From: Prorocentrum cordatum
Lineage: Eukaryota
Length of the DNA stretch: 64,000 bases
NCBI GenBank assembly: GCA_963575745.1
Contig: CAUYUJ010000106.1
Location: forward strand, 1-64,000
Reading direction: 5' to 3'
Within the stretch, counting starts at the first letter, position 1. Each line of letters opens with the position of its first letter. This document shows, in pieces, positions 48,025 through 62,499 of this stretch. Under the pieces are notes generated by a model, which did not search any database, was not told the DNA's origin, and saw only the letters and a list, made by a program, of their open reading frames with translations. The translations under genes and the position numbers were made by a program.

Positions 48025-49640
48025 CCCTCTGGACACACGGACGCCCATCGCGCGACTCTTCGAGTCTTAGCGCGCTTCCCGTCATACGTCTTAAGATAAG
48101 ACCCCCAACTTCACGATGTTGTGAGGATTTCTCGAGCGAAACGCTCATTTTGGGAATCCGCCACGTCCCCGACCACGAGTGCCTCCCGCGCGTTCCCCCC
48201 CCCCAGACCCCCCCCAGTTGATACTGCCTCTGGCCGAGAGAACGTCCGTCGCGCGACTCTTCGAATCTTAGCGCGCTTCCTGTCATCCGCCACGTCCTGC
48301 GCCCCGAGGCGGCCCCGCGCGTTCCCCCCCCAGACCCCCCCCAGTTGATAAAAAGAGGCCTCTGGGCACACAGACGTCCATCGCGCGACTCTTCGATTCT
48401 TAGCGCGCTTCCCGTCATCCTTGACATTTGTCATCATCCCGATTTTCTGAGGATGTCTTGAGCGAAAACGTAATTGTTATCAAAAACGTCTCAAACGATA
48501 GTCTCCAACATCTCCATGTTCGGAGGATGTCTCGAGCGAAATCGCTGTTTCGGAGAATCTGCCAACGAAAAGAGTGTATATATTGTGACAAGTATCGTGC
48601 ACCTGAGGGAGTTCCACCTGAGGCCCCTCAGACAGGCTTGGCTGAGGGTCCCCCCGCCCATGCCGGCGCACCCCTCGCAGTCATCGCGTCCCACAAGGAG
48701 ACCCACTTAATTACGCCACCAGAGACGAGGTTCGCACAGGGGCACACCCCTCACGCGGACGGTGCCCCGCAAGTATATGCATTTGTGGCACCAGATGGGA
48801 GCTTCATATCATCGCCTCGCTCGCTTCGGCACACTTCTCACACGGACTGGGGCCCGCAGGGACGTCAACGGACGGCCCCAAAGACAAGGTTCGCATCCCG
48901 CCATCCCACCTACTTCGGCACAACTCGCACACGAAGCGTGATCATGGTCCACAGGGATCTCCACGCACGGCCCCAGTGGTAGGGTTCGCGCTGCGCCCCC
49001 CCCGCCCCGGCCACTGCGGCACACCCCATCACGTGGATCGTGCCCACAAGGAGCACCACCTAAAGGCCTGGAAGGTTCGTACAACGCCCCCCCTGCCCAT
49101 GTCACGCGAATCATGCCCCAGAATAGGCATCCTTGCATGGCGTCCCCGCGCCCATTTCGGAACATGCCTGGCACGGGGCGTGCCCAGAGAAGGTCCACCT
49201 CTCGGTGGGCGTGTTCGCGCGGCCCTTCACGCGGATCGTGCCCCACAAAGAGTTTCGCACACCCGTGCACGCGTGCCCCGCGGCAACCATCTTTCCGCAT
49301 TGCCCTGGCCTCTTTGGCTGTCTTAGAGCGTTCCTGGCCCGTCGGACGCTGCTGGAAGTCGTCGTTGAGGCTCGTCGTCGCTGTCTTCGAGCCCGCTTGG
49401 AGCGCTTCGGGACTGTCTTGGAGGCAATATCAATCGTTTTGAGTCCTCTTGGGCCGTCTTGGGGCCCTCGTGGGGCCGTCTTTGGGGCTTCTTGGGCCGT
49501 CACAGGGCTATCGTGGAGGCCTCTTGGGCGCTCTGAGGGCGATCTTGGGAGCCTCTGAGGCCATCTGTACCGTCGGCAGGCCGAACAAAAAAATAGCCTG
49601 GCGAAGGACCCAACCATATGCAGTTGTGAATGCCGCAATT

Positions 49641-51364
49641 GTGCTGGGTGGTGGCGGACGCATGCGGGCGGTGCCACTGGGGCCTTCGGTGGAGCTCCCT
49701 ATGGGGCCACGAAACGCTGTACTGGGTGGGCGAGACGCGGTCAGCAAGGGCTGTGCTGCGTGGTGGCGGACGCATGCGAGCGGTGCCACTGGGGCCTTCG
49801 GTGGAGCTCCCTATGGGGCCACGAAGCGCTGTACTGGGTGGGTGAAACGCAGGCAGGGAGCAAGGGCTGTGCAGGGTGGTGGCGGACGCATGCGGGCGGT
49901 GCCGCTGGGACCTTTGGTGGAGCTCCCTATAGGGCTACGAAGCGCTGTTCTGGGTGGCTGGGTGGTGGCGGACGCAAGCGGGCAGTGCCACTGGGACCTT
50001 TGGTGGAGCCCCCTATGGGGCCACGAAACGTGCGAGGGGTGTGCCAGAATGGGGTGTGGAACCGCATGCCAGCGCAGCCACTGGGGCCTTCGGTGGAGCT
50101 CCCTATGGAGCCACGAAACGTGTGAGGGGTGTGCCGAAATGGGGGGTGGAACCGCATGCGAGCGCAGCCACTGGGCCTTCGGTGGAGCTCCCTATGGGGC
50201 CACGAAACGTGTGAGGGGTGTGCCGAAAAAGGGAGTGGAACCGCATGCGAGCGCAGCCACTGGGGCCTTCGGTGGAGCTCTCTATGGGGCCACGAACCGT
50301 GTGAGGGGTGTGCCGAAATGGGGGGGGGAACCACATGCGAGCGCAGCCACTGGGGCGTTCGGTGGAGCTCCCCATGGAGCCACCCACGAAGCGTGTGAGG
50401 GGTGTGCCGAAATGGGGGGTGGAACCGCATGCGGGCGCAGCCACTGGGGCCTTCGGTGGAGCTCCCTATGGGGCCACGAAACGTGTGAGGGGTGTGCCAG
50501 AATGGGGGGTGGAACCGCATGCGGGCGCAGCCACTGGGGCCTTCGGTGGAGCTCCCTATGGGGCCACGAAACGTGTGAGGGGTGTGCCAGAATGGGGGGT
50601 GGAACCGCATGCGGGCGCAGCCACTGGGGCCTTCGGTGGAGCTCCCTATGGGGCCACGAAACGTGTGAGGGGTGTGCCAGAATGGGGGGTGGAACCGCAT
50701 GCGGGCGCAGCCACTGGGGCCTTCGGTGGAGCTCCCTATGGGGCCACGAAACGTGTGAGGGGTGTGCCAGAATGGGGGGTGGAACCGCATGCGGGCGCAG
50801 CCACTGGGGCCTTCGGTGGAGCTCCCTATGGGGCCACGAAACGTGTGAGGGGTGTGCCAGAATGGGGGGTGGAACCGCATGCGGGCGCAGCCACTGGGGC
50901 CTTCGGTGGAGCTCCCTATGGGGCCACGAAACGTGTGAGGGGTGTGCCAGAATGGGGGGTGGAACCGCATGCGGGCGCAGCCACTGGGGCCTTCGGTGGA
51001 GCTCCCTATGGGGCCACGAAACGTGTGAGGGGTGTGCCAGAATGGGGGGTGGAACCGCATGCGGGCGCAGCCACTGGGGCCTTCGGTGGAGCTCCCTATG
51101 GGGCCACGAAACGTGTGAGGGGTGTGCCAGAATGGGGGGTGGAACCGCATGCGGGCGCAGCCACTGGGGCCTTCTCCCTATGGGGCCACGGTTGCCCCGT
51201 GCCACTGGGGCCTTCGGTGGAGCTATGGGGCCACGAACGTGTGAGGGGTGTGCCAGAATGGGTGGGAGGGGGGGAGGGGGGAGGAGGGAGGGAGGAAGGA
51301 GGCGGGACCGCGGGGCACCGTCTCTTCAAAACGAGGACCCAACACCACAGGATGGTTGGGAATT
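49641..51364 (+). repeat. AATT-bounded element made of a 90-bp tandem array (~8 identical units at ~50412-51172)
   Basis: Lines 50461, 50641, 50821 and 51001 are identical; aatt at 49637-49640 and 51361-51364. Confidence 0.9.
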
Positions 51365-51539
51365 ACCCTGCGACGTACCCAACCCACGTGCATCAAGTGG
51401 CAAGAGGAGTAGGCCAACATTAGCAGGAACAACGATAATGTAGGCGATGTGAATTGCTGTGCAAACTACATGGGATGCGCACGCATTGCACGGCCCACAG
51501 GACGACGATCGAAAGAACGAGGATTAAAGCCCCAGGCTC

Positions 51540-53570
51540 GCGTATGACGTCACTCCGCTGGGCCACCCAGCAGCCCTCGAACGTGGTGACAATTTCGCAG
51601 ATCGCAGCCCCCCAAAGATGGCGAGGTCTAATCTGAATCCGAATATGTCCCTACTCCGCTGGGCCCTCCAGCAGCCCTCGAACGTGGCGACAGTTTCGCA
51701 GATCGCAGCCCTTCGGGGATGGCGAAGTCGAGCCTGAGTCTGCGTAGGACCCACTCCGCTGGCCCCCCAGCAGCCATCGAAAGTGGCCACGGTTTCGCAA
51801 ATCGCAGTCCCCCAAGAATGGCGAGGTCGAATCTGAGTACCCCATTCCGCTGCCCCCCCCCCCCCCAGCAGCCATCGAAACTGGCGACAATTTCGCAAAT
51901 CGCAGCCCCCCCCCCAACGATGGCGAGGTCTAATCTGGGTCCCCGTGGGGGCTCACTCCGCTGGTCACCCCAGCAGCCCTCGGAAGTGGCGACAAATTCG
52001 CAGATCGCAGCCCCCCAGAGATGGCGAGGTCTAATCTGAGTCCCCGTGGGGCCTCACTCCGCTGGGCCCCCCAGCAGCCCTCGAAAGTGGCGACTGTTTC
52101 ACATCACAGATCGCAGCCCCCCCAGGGATGGCGAGATCTAATCTGAGTCCCCGTGGTGCCTCACTCCGCTGGGCCCCCCAGCAGCCCTCGAAAGTGGCGA
52201 CAGTTTCACAGATCGCAGCCCCCCCAGGGATGGCGAGGTCTAATCGGAGTCCCCGTCCCCGTGGGGGCTCACTCCGCTGGCCCCCCCCAGCAGCCCTCGG
52301 AAGTGGCGACAATTTCGCAGATCGCAGCCCCCCCCCAGAGATGGCGAGGTCTAATCTGAATCCCCGTGGGGCCTCACTCCGCTGGGCCCCCCAGCAGCCC
52401 TCGAAAGTGGCGACGGTTTCACATCACAGATCGCAGCCCCCCAAGGATGGCGAGATCTAATCTGAGTCCCCGTGGTGCCTCACTCCGCGGGGCCCCCCAG
52501 CAGCCCTCGAAAGTGGCGACAGTTTCACAGATCGCAGCCCCCCCAGGGATGGCGAGGTCTAATCTGAATCCCCGTGGTGCCTCACTCCGCTGGACCCACC
52601 AGCAGCCCTCGAAAGTGGCGACAGTTTCACAGATCGCAGCCCCCCAGAGATGGCGAGGTCTAATCTGAATCCCCGTGGTGCCTCACTCCGCTGGACCCAC
52701 CAGCAGCCCTCGAAAGTGGTGACAGTTTCACAGATCGAAGCCACCCCCAGAGATGGCGAGGTCTAATCTGAGTCCCAGTGGTGCCTCACTCCGCTGGACC
52801 CACCAGCAGCCATCGAAAGTGGCGACGGTTTCACAGATCGCAGCCCCCAGAGATGGCGAGGTCTAATCTGAATCCCCGTGGTGCCTCACTCCGCTGGACC
52901 CACCAGCAGCCCTCGAAGTGGCGACAATTTCACAGATCGCAGCCCCACCAGGGATGGCGAGGTCTAATCTGAATCCCCGTGGTGCCTCACTCCGCTGGAC
53001 CCACCAGCAGCCCTCGAAAGTGGCGACAGTTTCACAGATCGCAGCCCCCCACAGATGGCGAGGTCTAATCTGAATCCCCGCGGTGCCTCACTCCACTGGA
53101 CCCACCAGCAGCCCTCGAAAGTGGCGACAGTTTCACAGATCGCAGCCCCCCCCCAGAGATGGCGAGGTCTAATCTGAATCCCCGTGGTGCCTCACTCCGC
53201 TGGACCCACCAGCAGCCCTCGAAAGTGGCGACAGTTTCACAGATCGCAGCCCCCCAGCCCCCAGGGATGGCGAGGTCTAATCTGAATCCCCGTGGTGCCT
53301 CACTCCGCTGGACCCACCAGCAGCCCTCGAAAGTGGCGACAATTTCGCAGATCGCAGCCCCACCAGGGATGGCGAGGTCTAATCTGAATCCCTGTGGTGC
53401 CTCGCTCCGCTGGACCCACCAGCAGCCCTCGAAAGTGGCGACAGTTTCACAGATCGCAGCCCCCCCAGGGATGGCGAGGTCTAATCTGGGTCTGAGTATG
53501 ACCCCACTCCGCTGGGCCCCCCAGCAGCCCTGGAAAGTGGCGACAGTTTCGCAGATCGCAGCCCCGCACA
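51540..53570 (+). repeat. ~101-bp tandem array, about 20 units
   Basis: gatggcgaggtctaatctgaatccccgtggtgcctcactccgctgg...gaaagtggcgacagtttcacagatcgcagcccc repeated. Confidence 0.93.
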
Positions 53571-56500
53571 GGGATGACCAGGCAGGAGGCAAACTGACAC
53601 GCGGTGGCGAGCAAGGTGAGATGCAGGGGGGAAGAGGAAAGGAGGAACGAGGCGGGAAGGAGGAGGAGGAGACGCGACCGCACTGCTCTATTCAAAACGA
53701 GAACCCAACGCAGGGGGGTTGGGAACAAATACAAACATCCTTCAAAAGCCAACAGGACGTCGATGATGTTAGCTTCTTCGGGCTTTCCCAAGGGATGTCT
53801 TGGAGGCGTCTTGGCCGCCTTTGAGGCTATCTGGAGCTATCTGGACTCCGTATTGGGCCGTGTGGGGTGCATCTCGGGGCCATGGCTCTCTAATTGGAGG
53901 AAAGGTCTACATGCACATTAGCACCGCAGTGCCGCGTGGCGAAAGAAGAATGTACACGACCACTTGACCTCTGAGAATCATGAGCACGACCGCTGTGGCG
54001 GAACCGCTGCGAAGGGTTCCAGGCTCCACCGCGTCGGGCGTCCATGAAATCCGCCGACCCCTTGGGGGCCTCCAGGCGTGCGAGATTCCCCCCCAATAAC
54101 CTCACCGGACAAGAACGGGAAGCGTCGCTTTAGCGTCGCTGTAGTCCACCAAACATGTGGAAAATGCTCTGTTGATGTTACGCCGCGCAGGTATGCCGTG
54201 GCGCGCGTGTCGGCGTGCGTCCGGGGTGTGTTTTGCTGTGGTCCTGTGTGTTCTGCCGTGCTCCTGTTCTGCTGTGCTTCTGTGTTCTGCCGTGCCTGTG
54301 TGCTCTGTGTGTTCTGTCGTGCTCCTGTATCATGCGGTGGTCGTTTGGGCGGAGCTTCTGGGCGCGCACGGCAGAAAAAGATCAGGAGCACGGCAGAAGA
54401 GGCCCCAAGAGCGAAGGAGCACAGCAGAAAAAGACCAGGAACACTGCAAAATAGACCCGAAGAGCTAAGGAACACGGCAGAATAGGCCCCAAGAACGAAG
54501 GAGCACGGCTAAAAAAGATTGAAGCACGGCAAAACAAACCCCAATAACTAAAAAGCACGGCAGAAAAAGACCAGGAGCACGGCAGAATAGACCCGACGAG
54601 CGACGGAGTACGGCAGAAAAAGGCCAGGAGCACGGCAAAATATACCCCAAGAGCTAAGGAGCACGGCAAAATAGACCCCAAAGCGAAGGAGCACGGCAGA
54701 AACAGACCAAGAGCACGGCAGAATAGACCCGAAGAGCGAAGGAACACGGCAGAAAAAACAGGAGCACGGCAAAATAGGACCGAAGAGCTAAGGCGCACGG
54801 TAGAAACATAACTCAGGGGCACGGCAGAATAGGCCCGAAGAGCTGCCGAGCACAGCAGAAAAAAGACCATGAGCACGGCAGAATAGACCCCAAGAGCCAA
54901 GGAGCACGGTAGAGTAGGCCCCAAGAACGAGAAAAACGCCAGAAAAAAAGACCATGAGCACGGCAGAATAGACCCCACGAGCTAAGGAGCAAAGCAGAAA
55001 AAGACCGAAGCACGGCAGAATAGGCCAGAAGAGCCAAGGAGTACGACAGAAAAATACCAGGAGCACGGCAGAATAGACCCGAAGAGTGAAGGAGCACGGC
55101 AGACTAGACCCCAAGAGCGAAGGAGCACGACAGAGAAAGACCATGAGCACGGCAGAATGGACCCCACAAGCTCAGGAGCATGGCAGAAAAATACCAGGAG
55201 CACAGCATAGGCCCCATGAGCGAAGGCGAAAGGCATAATAGACCCGAAGAGCGAAGGATCACGGCAGAACAAAACCGATCAGGAGCACAGCAGCATAGGC
55301 CCCAAGAGCGAAGGCGCACGGCAGAAACAGACCAGGAGCACGGCAGAATAGACCTAAAGAGCAAAGGAGTGCGGCAGAATAGACCCCAAGAGCGACGGAG
55401 CAAGGCAGAACAAAACAGGAGCACGGCATAACAGACCCCAACAGCTAAAAGGCACGGCATAAGAGGGCCCAAGAGCGAAGGAGCAGCAAAGCAGACCAAG
55501 ACCAGGAGCACGACAAACTAGACCCCAAGAGCTAAAGAGCCCGGCATAATGGGCCCCAAGAGCAAAGGAGCACGGAAGAAGAAGACCAGGAACACGGCAG
55601 AACAAACCCCAATAACTAAAAAGCACAGCAGAAAAAAAAAAGCAGGAGCACGGCAACATACACCCCAAGAGCTGAAGAGCACGACAGAATAGACCCAAGA
55701 GCGAAGGAGCACGGCAGAAAACAACCAGGAGCACGGCAGAATAGACCCCACAGCTGAGGAGCACGTCAGAAAATAGACCAGGAGCACGGCAGAATAGACC
55801 CGAAAAGCGAAGGAGCACAGCAGAACAAAAACCAAGAGCACTGCAAAATAGGCCCGAAGAGCTGCCGAACACGCCAAAAAAGAAACGGAAGCACGACATA
55901 ATAGGCCAGACGAGCCAATGAGTACGGCAGAATAGGCCCCAAGAGTGAAACAGACGCCAGGAAAAGACCATGAGCACGGCAGAATAGACCCCAAAAGCTA
56001 AGGAGCACGGCAGAAAAAAAAACCAAAGCACGGCAGAATAGGTCCGAAGAGTGAAGGAGTACGACAGAAAAAGACCAGACTGAAGAATAGGCCAAAAGAG
56101 CGCCCCAAGAGCGAAAAAGACGCCAGCAAAAAGACCATGAGCACGAAATAATGGACCCCAACAACTCAGGAGCACGGCAGAACAATACCAGAAGCACGGC
56201 AGAATAGGCCCCACGAGCGAAGGCGCACAGCAGAAAAAAAAACAGGAGCTCGGCAGATTAGACCCCAAGAGCTAAAGAGCATGGCAGAAGAGGCCCCAAG
56301 AGCGAAGGAGCAAGGCAGAAAGAGACCAGGAGCACGGCAGAATAAACCCTAAGACCGAACGCGTATGTTTGATACTATCGATGTTACGAACATATCAATG
56401 TTGTGAGGATATCTCAGGCGAAATCACATTTTGGGGTCGTCTCGAGGGCGATCATGGGGGTCAGATTGGAGCTAATTTGGGGCCCTTTGGGGCCGTCTTG

Positions 56501-57836
56501 ATGCCCTCCAAAATCATTGCAGTGCGATGTTAGACACCCTCATTTTTTGAGGAGCTGTCCAGGCGTGTCTCGAGGGTCTGTGGGGTCTCTCTTGGCCTGT
56601 CTGAGCGTTCTCTTTGATTGTCTTGGGGCTCTCTTGGCCAGTCTCGGGGCCTCTTCGGGCGCTCACGGGGCCCTCTGGGCGCCTCTTGGGGGCCTCTTGC
56701 GGGTCTCTCGGGCCGCTTTGGGGGTCCCCTGGGGGGCCTTCGGAGGCTCTCTTGGGCCGTTTTGAAGCCCTCCGTGAGCGATTCCAAGATGATGCTGGTT
56801 CGGAGTCCCCTCCGGAGCCGATGTTTTGAGGATGTCTCGAGCGAAACAACCATTTTCTGCGGCTGCCGCGCCCCTCCCGATTTTCTGAGGATGTCCCGAA
56901 TAAAAGCGCAATTCTTTATATGAGAGGTAGTAAAACAACTTTTCCAACATATCACTTTTTGAGGATGTCTCGGGCGAAACGCTTTGACATTTTTCAACAT
57001 CCCGATGTTCTGAGGATGTCTCGAGCGAAAACGATGTTTAACAGAAAACGTCTTAAACGATAGCCTCCAGCATCTCCATTTTCGGAGGACGCCTCGAGCG
57101 AAATCGCTTTTTGGGGGGCATCCGCCAACGAAAATCCCGGTGCAATCCCGCACACCATATAGTAAGAGATTTTGAAAAACATGATGCGGATTCAGCCAGA
57201 ACGTCCAGCTCGCTTCTCGTACCTCGAAGACGCTTCCCGTCAACCCGGTGCAGCGCCAAACCCTATATAGTAAGAGATTTTAATATATAGTGCAGATTCA
57301 GCCAGAACGTCCAGCTCGCTTCTCGTACCTCGAAGACGCTTCCCGTCATCCGCCAGGACATGATCATGGAGCAATCCCGAGCCCTTCCCCCCTCAGACTC
57401 CCCCCAATAAAAACATTTGAATCCGGAGTTTCGGTCTTCAGTGAACCCAACGATCCGCTCTGATTGCTAACATGGGCTGCGGGCCCCATGGAGACGGGAC
57501 TCCCGCCTCAGACTTCCTCGCTATTCGCTCACAGGCTAGCCCCCCCCCCTCTGAGACATCCTCACGATTTGTACCCATGGGGTGCTCAAGTGCTATGCCT
57601 CCCAGAGTGCGCCGATGGCCCGCTCGGATTACTAACGTAAGCTGCTGGCGCAATAGTGAGGACGCGCCCGCTGGAAACTTCCTCCCGAACTCAGATACGC
57701 ATGGTGAACGAGTGCGTGCGTGCGTGAGATGCTGATGACGATGATGCTGATGGTTGTGATGATGATGTTGATGTTGTTGATGATGATGGTGATGATGATG
57801 ATGATGGATGGATGGATGGATGGATGGATGGATGGA

Positions 57837-57920
<84 letters not shown>

Positions 57921-58537
57921 AAGAATGCGTGAATGAGTGTGATGACGGGGTGGGCTGGTGGGTGCGTGATGATGGTGGCGAGGATAACGATGGCGATTAT
58001 GATAAGGAGGAGGATAATGATGAGGATGCTGATGCTGATGATAATCCCACCAGCTCCCTGTGCGCGAGTGATATAGGGGATACCTTCTGTTCAACCCCCT
58101 TCTTCCCCTTCGGAAAGGGGTTTACCCCTCCCCCTACCCCCTGCCCCTGGGCCTGGATGGGGGAGGGGTGGGGGGCGATGGGCTGGGGCGTCCTTTTCGG
58201 TCCGTGGGAAGGTCATGTTGTGACACCCCTCGCGAGGATCGTGGGCCGGAGGGGGTGGACTGCAATAAATGATGCCCCCTTCTTTGATCGATGGCCTCGA
58301 AGACGGCCCCGAGAGACCTCCAAGACGGACACTTCGAACCTTCGGCTCCAAGACGCCCCCAAGGTGCCCCAGGGACCCCCAGGAAGCCCCCAAGAAAAAC
58401 AAAGGGGTCGGCGATATGGCGTAAGCCTAAGGATCAGCGGGGGGTTCTGGGGCTTGTAGAGCTAGCTCGCACGCGTGGCACGGGCCCCCGATTTATAATG
58501 TACAATGGGTGGAAGCGAGCGATGTTAGCTCGAAATG

Positions 58538-59130
58538 TTAGCTCGCAAACGCAGCATGAGCATCCGACTTCATTCGCATGTCGAGGAGCGTGAGGGAGCG
58601 TTTGCACCTCTCGTCCGGGGATGATGCCTCTGAATGATCGTCGATGCCGAGGATACCCCCGACCGCGTGACCAGCATTGCTCAAGTGGCGGACATAGAAA
58701 TTCAGGTAATCTTCCCCGTCGCGCGTGCGGCCCCACGCCACCTTCAGCTCAACTTTGCCGAACCACCTCCATGGCTGGCGCTGATCATGGTGGCTAGCCA
58801 AATACCTGAAGCCATTCGTCTGCTGGTTATTAGCCCACGCACCAGTGATGTTGAGCGCCTTGATGTACATGTCGGTCGCGCAATGTGCATGTCGGTCGCT
58901 TTGCACCTCCGCACCCACGCGAAGAAGAATCTCATCTGGGCCACATCTTTGCGGAATATTGATGAGCACGTGTTTGCCGGTCCGTGCGATGTCAAAGCTC
59001 TGACCAAACATGTTCCGCATGTGTGGGTCACCAATGGCGCTGCCGGATGCGTCAAAGAACTGCGTTGGGCTGATCCACTTCTCGGGTGTCCAAGTGGCCC
59101 AGCTGAAGGGGTGCCCACTCAGGGTGTCCG
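58538..59130 (-). CDS. Haloperoxidase-like gene copy 2, segment 3 (GDPH domain)
   Basis: Near-identical to 13871-14463; K>N and I>M plus synonymous differences seen. Confidence 0.8.
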
Positions 59131-60186
59131 AATCCCACACGCCCTCTGGGCGTAGGTGGTTTAGGGAGCTTCCTCTTCCCCTTCGGGGAGGGGTTAATCC
59201 CTCCTCCCACCCCCTCCCCCGGACCTGGACGGGGGAGTCCGCGACGCGTTGGAGCGTCCAAAACGGCCTCGGCGAGGAAGCCAAAATCATTGGTTTCACT
59301 AAGGTTTTGGCCCCATGTTGGCCTCCTGAGGGGGGGGAGCTAATTGAGCCCCCCCCCTTATGTGATCGATCTCCTCCAAGATGGCCCCAAGAGGCGCCCA
59401 GGAGGCCCCAAGAGGCACTGCGATGGCCCCATGTGGCCCCAAGAAGCCCCCAAGAGGCCCCCAGGATGCCCCCAAGAGGCTCCCAAGAGACCACCACGAG
59501 GCCCCAAGAGACCCCCCAGAGGCATCCAATACGCTCCAAGAGGCCTCAGCGAGAATGCCAAAATCACTGATTTTACTAAGGTTTTGGCCACATTTGGGCC
59601 TCCTGGGGGGGGGGGGCACTGCTTCAGATGACTCCACGAGCGCCTGGGAGAGCCCAAGATGACCTCCAAGATGGCTCAAGATATCCCAAGATGCCTCAAG
59701 ATGGCTCCCACGATGCTCCAAGAGGCCCCAAGACCGCTTCAAGACGACTCCAAGTGGCCAAAGAGCTCCCCTCCCCCAGTTGGCCCCGATTCTTCCAAAA
59801 CCTCACGAAAATTCATGTTTTGGGCTTGCTCGCCTTTTCGCTTTCGATGGCCATCCGAGGCTTCAAGGTGACTCCAAGATGGCCCAAGAGGTCTCCAAGG
59901 GCGCTCCCAAGGCTCCCAAGAGCGCTTCAAGAGGGCCCCAAGAGGCGCCCAGGAGGCCCCAGGAGGCCCCAACAGGCGCCCCAGAGGCCTCCACGAGGCC
60001 CCCAAGAGACCCCCAAGAGGCCCAAGACGCTCTGAGAGGCGTCCGGGACCGCCAGGAGGCCCCCAAGATGCTCCAAGAGGCCTCCACTGGGGTTCCTTCC
60101 TCTGTGTGCTGCCCACTTCCCTGATCGAGGCACTTCCTCTGGGCATCGTTTCTGGATGGGCTGGCGGGGTTGCGCGAAGCGTCTAG
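59131..60186. mobile_element. AAT-bounded insertion, duplicate of 14464-15517
   Basis: Same junction sequences ccg|aatcccacacgccc and gcgaagcgtctag|aat. Confidence 0.8.
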
Positions 60187-60798
60187 AATTGAACGACTGG
60201 ATCTTGGCTGCGGCGCGCGCCCTGATCGCGGATGCGGATGCCGCGTCGCAGCCGTACGTCTCGGCCAAGAAGTCGGGCAACTTCGACTCCACGATTCTCC
60301 GCCCGAGCGCCAAACCAGCGCGGTTATCCGTCGCATAGTGCACGCCCGCGAAGGTGCGGAAGAACGCGACAGAGAAGTCCAGGAGCCGCACCTCCTCGCG
60401 CTGCGCGGGGGTGAGGATGGCAACGACGTCCAACCACGAGGATATGCTGGAGGCGGCGGAATGCATGGCGGGCCAGGCCGGGTGCACAGGGCAGCCCTCG
60501 GTGTACGCGGTGAAGTCTTCGGCGCTGTTCAGAGGCTTGGCGGCCACGAAGTCGGCCATCATCTGCTTGGCGCGCATGGAGGCACCGGGAAGCTCGCCCT
60601 GGATGATTCCGTAAGCGACCTCCTCGGGTCGCGCGCGACCGACAGCCCACTTGCTCGCGAAGCAGGCGGGCGACACCTCGGCGATCGCCCAACCGATAAT
60701 CCTTCCCAAAGCCACCGGGCCGTTAACAAACTCGACACGGCTTGCGCAGCTGGGCTGGTTGAAGATGTCCGGGTCCAGCGTCAGCGACATGCTCTGCA
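60187..60798 (-). CDS. Haloperoxidase-like gene copy 2, segment 2
   Basis: Translation identical to 15518-16129. Confidence 0.87.
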
Positions 60799-62448
60799 AA
60801 TTCGCCGGCCCAACGGGCCAGAGGAGTGCTAAGATCTCCGGTAACGGTTTAATAATATTCTACTTCGCGCGCGAGTGGCGGCCCCTTGGGGTCCCCGGAC
60901 GAAAAGTACCCCGGCCGATCCCCGGCGGACCCCCGGGCGATCCCCTGCCAGGTCTCCCAGAAAGCTTCAGGGGAAGACAATTTTTCGACACCCCTCACGA
61001 GGATCGTGGCTTCCGAGGGGGGAGCCGCAATCGATCACCCCTCCTCTCGCCCCCGCGAGCTTCCCAAGAGGCTCCAGGGGCCCCCGAGACGCCGCCAAGG
61101 AGCTCCAAAAGGCCTCCAAACAGCTCCCAAGAGGCCCATAAGAGCCCCACAAGAGGCTTCAAAGCCGCTCCCATGTGCTCCCAAGAGGCCCCATCCGCCC
61201 AAAAAAGCGTTTCTAAGAGGCTCCACCCGCTCCCCAGAGCCTCCCAAGAGGCTCCACGGGTCTTCAAAACGCCGCCACGCAGCCTCAAAAAACCCTAAAG
61301 AAGCCCCCAAGAGGTCCCCAAGACGCCCCCAAGAGGTCCCACAGGCTTCCCAGACGCTCCCGAGACGCCTGCCAAGATACTCCTGCGACGCCGAATTCAC
61401 GTCGAGCCGAAACGGCGCACCGCCGAATCGTGAGCGAGAGTTCTTTTTGCTGCGGCCCCTCTTGCCCTGGCTTCATGAAGTCACACCCTCTCTACGCTCT
61501 ACGCGTTCTCGCGCTCCCCTCAGTGGTTCCAGCGCCCCGCCGACGGATCAGCGACAGGCCCCCGATAGCGAGATCGCACGCTCCCTGGGCGGGGTGGGCG
61601 AGCGGAGGTCGACGCATCCCCGCCTGAGCCTAACTATCCCCCGCCTCTGCCATCGCTCGGACGACCCTTCCCCGGTGCACTGCTTGGTTTCGCGTGTGTC
61701 TTTCCTCAGGAGGATCTTCTGGAGGTGGCCTCGCCGCTCTTTCTGGGTAGGTCCCCCTCGGATTTTCCAGGGCGTCCGGACCTCAATCCTGGAATTGGTG
61801 GCAAAATGCCCACATCTCCGATCCTTAAGTCCCAAATTGAGAGTAACGAAACTGCCACATGGATATAGCCTGAAAAGGTCTCACATTTTCGACATCCGTG
61901 GACGGCGCACTCAAATGCGGCGCAGGTTTCCTGGAGCTGGCCTCGCCGAAGCAGAAGCACACGGCCGAGCGAGGCCGAGCCCCTCGACGTCGCCGCTGGC
62001 CGGTGCGCCTCCGGACCAGGGGCTCTCCAGCGTGCTCCGGGGGAGACGGGGGGCACGGGTCTTGCTAGCCATCGCTCGGACGTCCACTCCCCGTCTACTC
62101 GTCGGCTTCGCGCGCTTACTCTTCGCAGAGTGGTCCAGGACACTCCTCGATGGCCCTCGTCGAGTAAAAATGTACACGCCCGAGCGATGCCAAATGAGAC
62201 CAAGATGGCGCCGCTCGCTTGCTGCCAACAAGGGGCTGCCGACTCCACACGCGCGTGCACACGCACACACAAAAGCAGGCACAAGCAGCATTCACAGGCT
62301 TTTTGCGCCATTGGCCGAGTGACGTCACACCACGGCGAGAGCCGTAGAGTGGGCTACAAAAACTGGCCGAACTCGAGCGCGCACACACAAGAAGCAGGCA
62401 CAAGCGCTCGCAGGCAGGCGCACACTCGCGAGCACACACACACACACA

Positions 62449-62499
<51 letters not shown>

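Noticed and set aside
48590..49300. Possible decayed coding or retroelement fragment
   Set aside because: Non-repetitive, but no motif I can identify and no consistent long frame.
49449..51443. 664-aa repeat protein ORF
   Set aside because: Arises from a 90-bp stop-poor tandem unit that is open in several frames on both strands.
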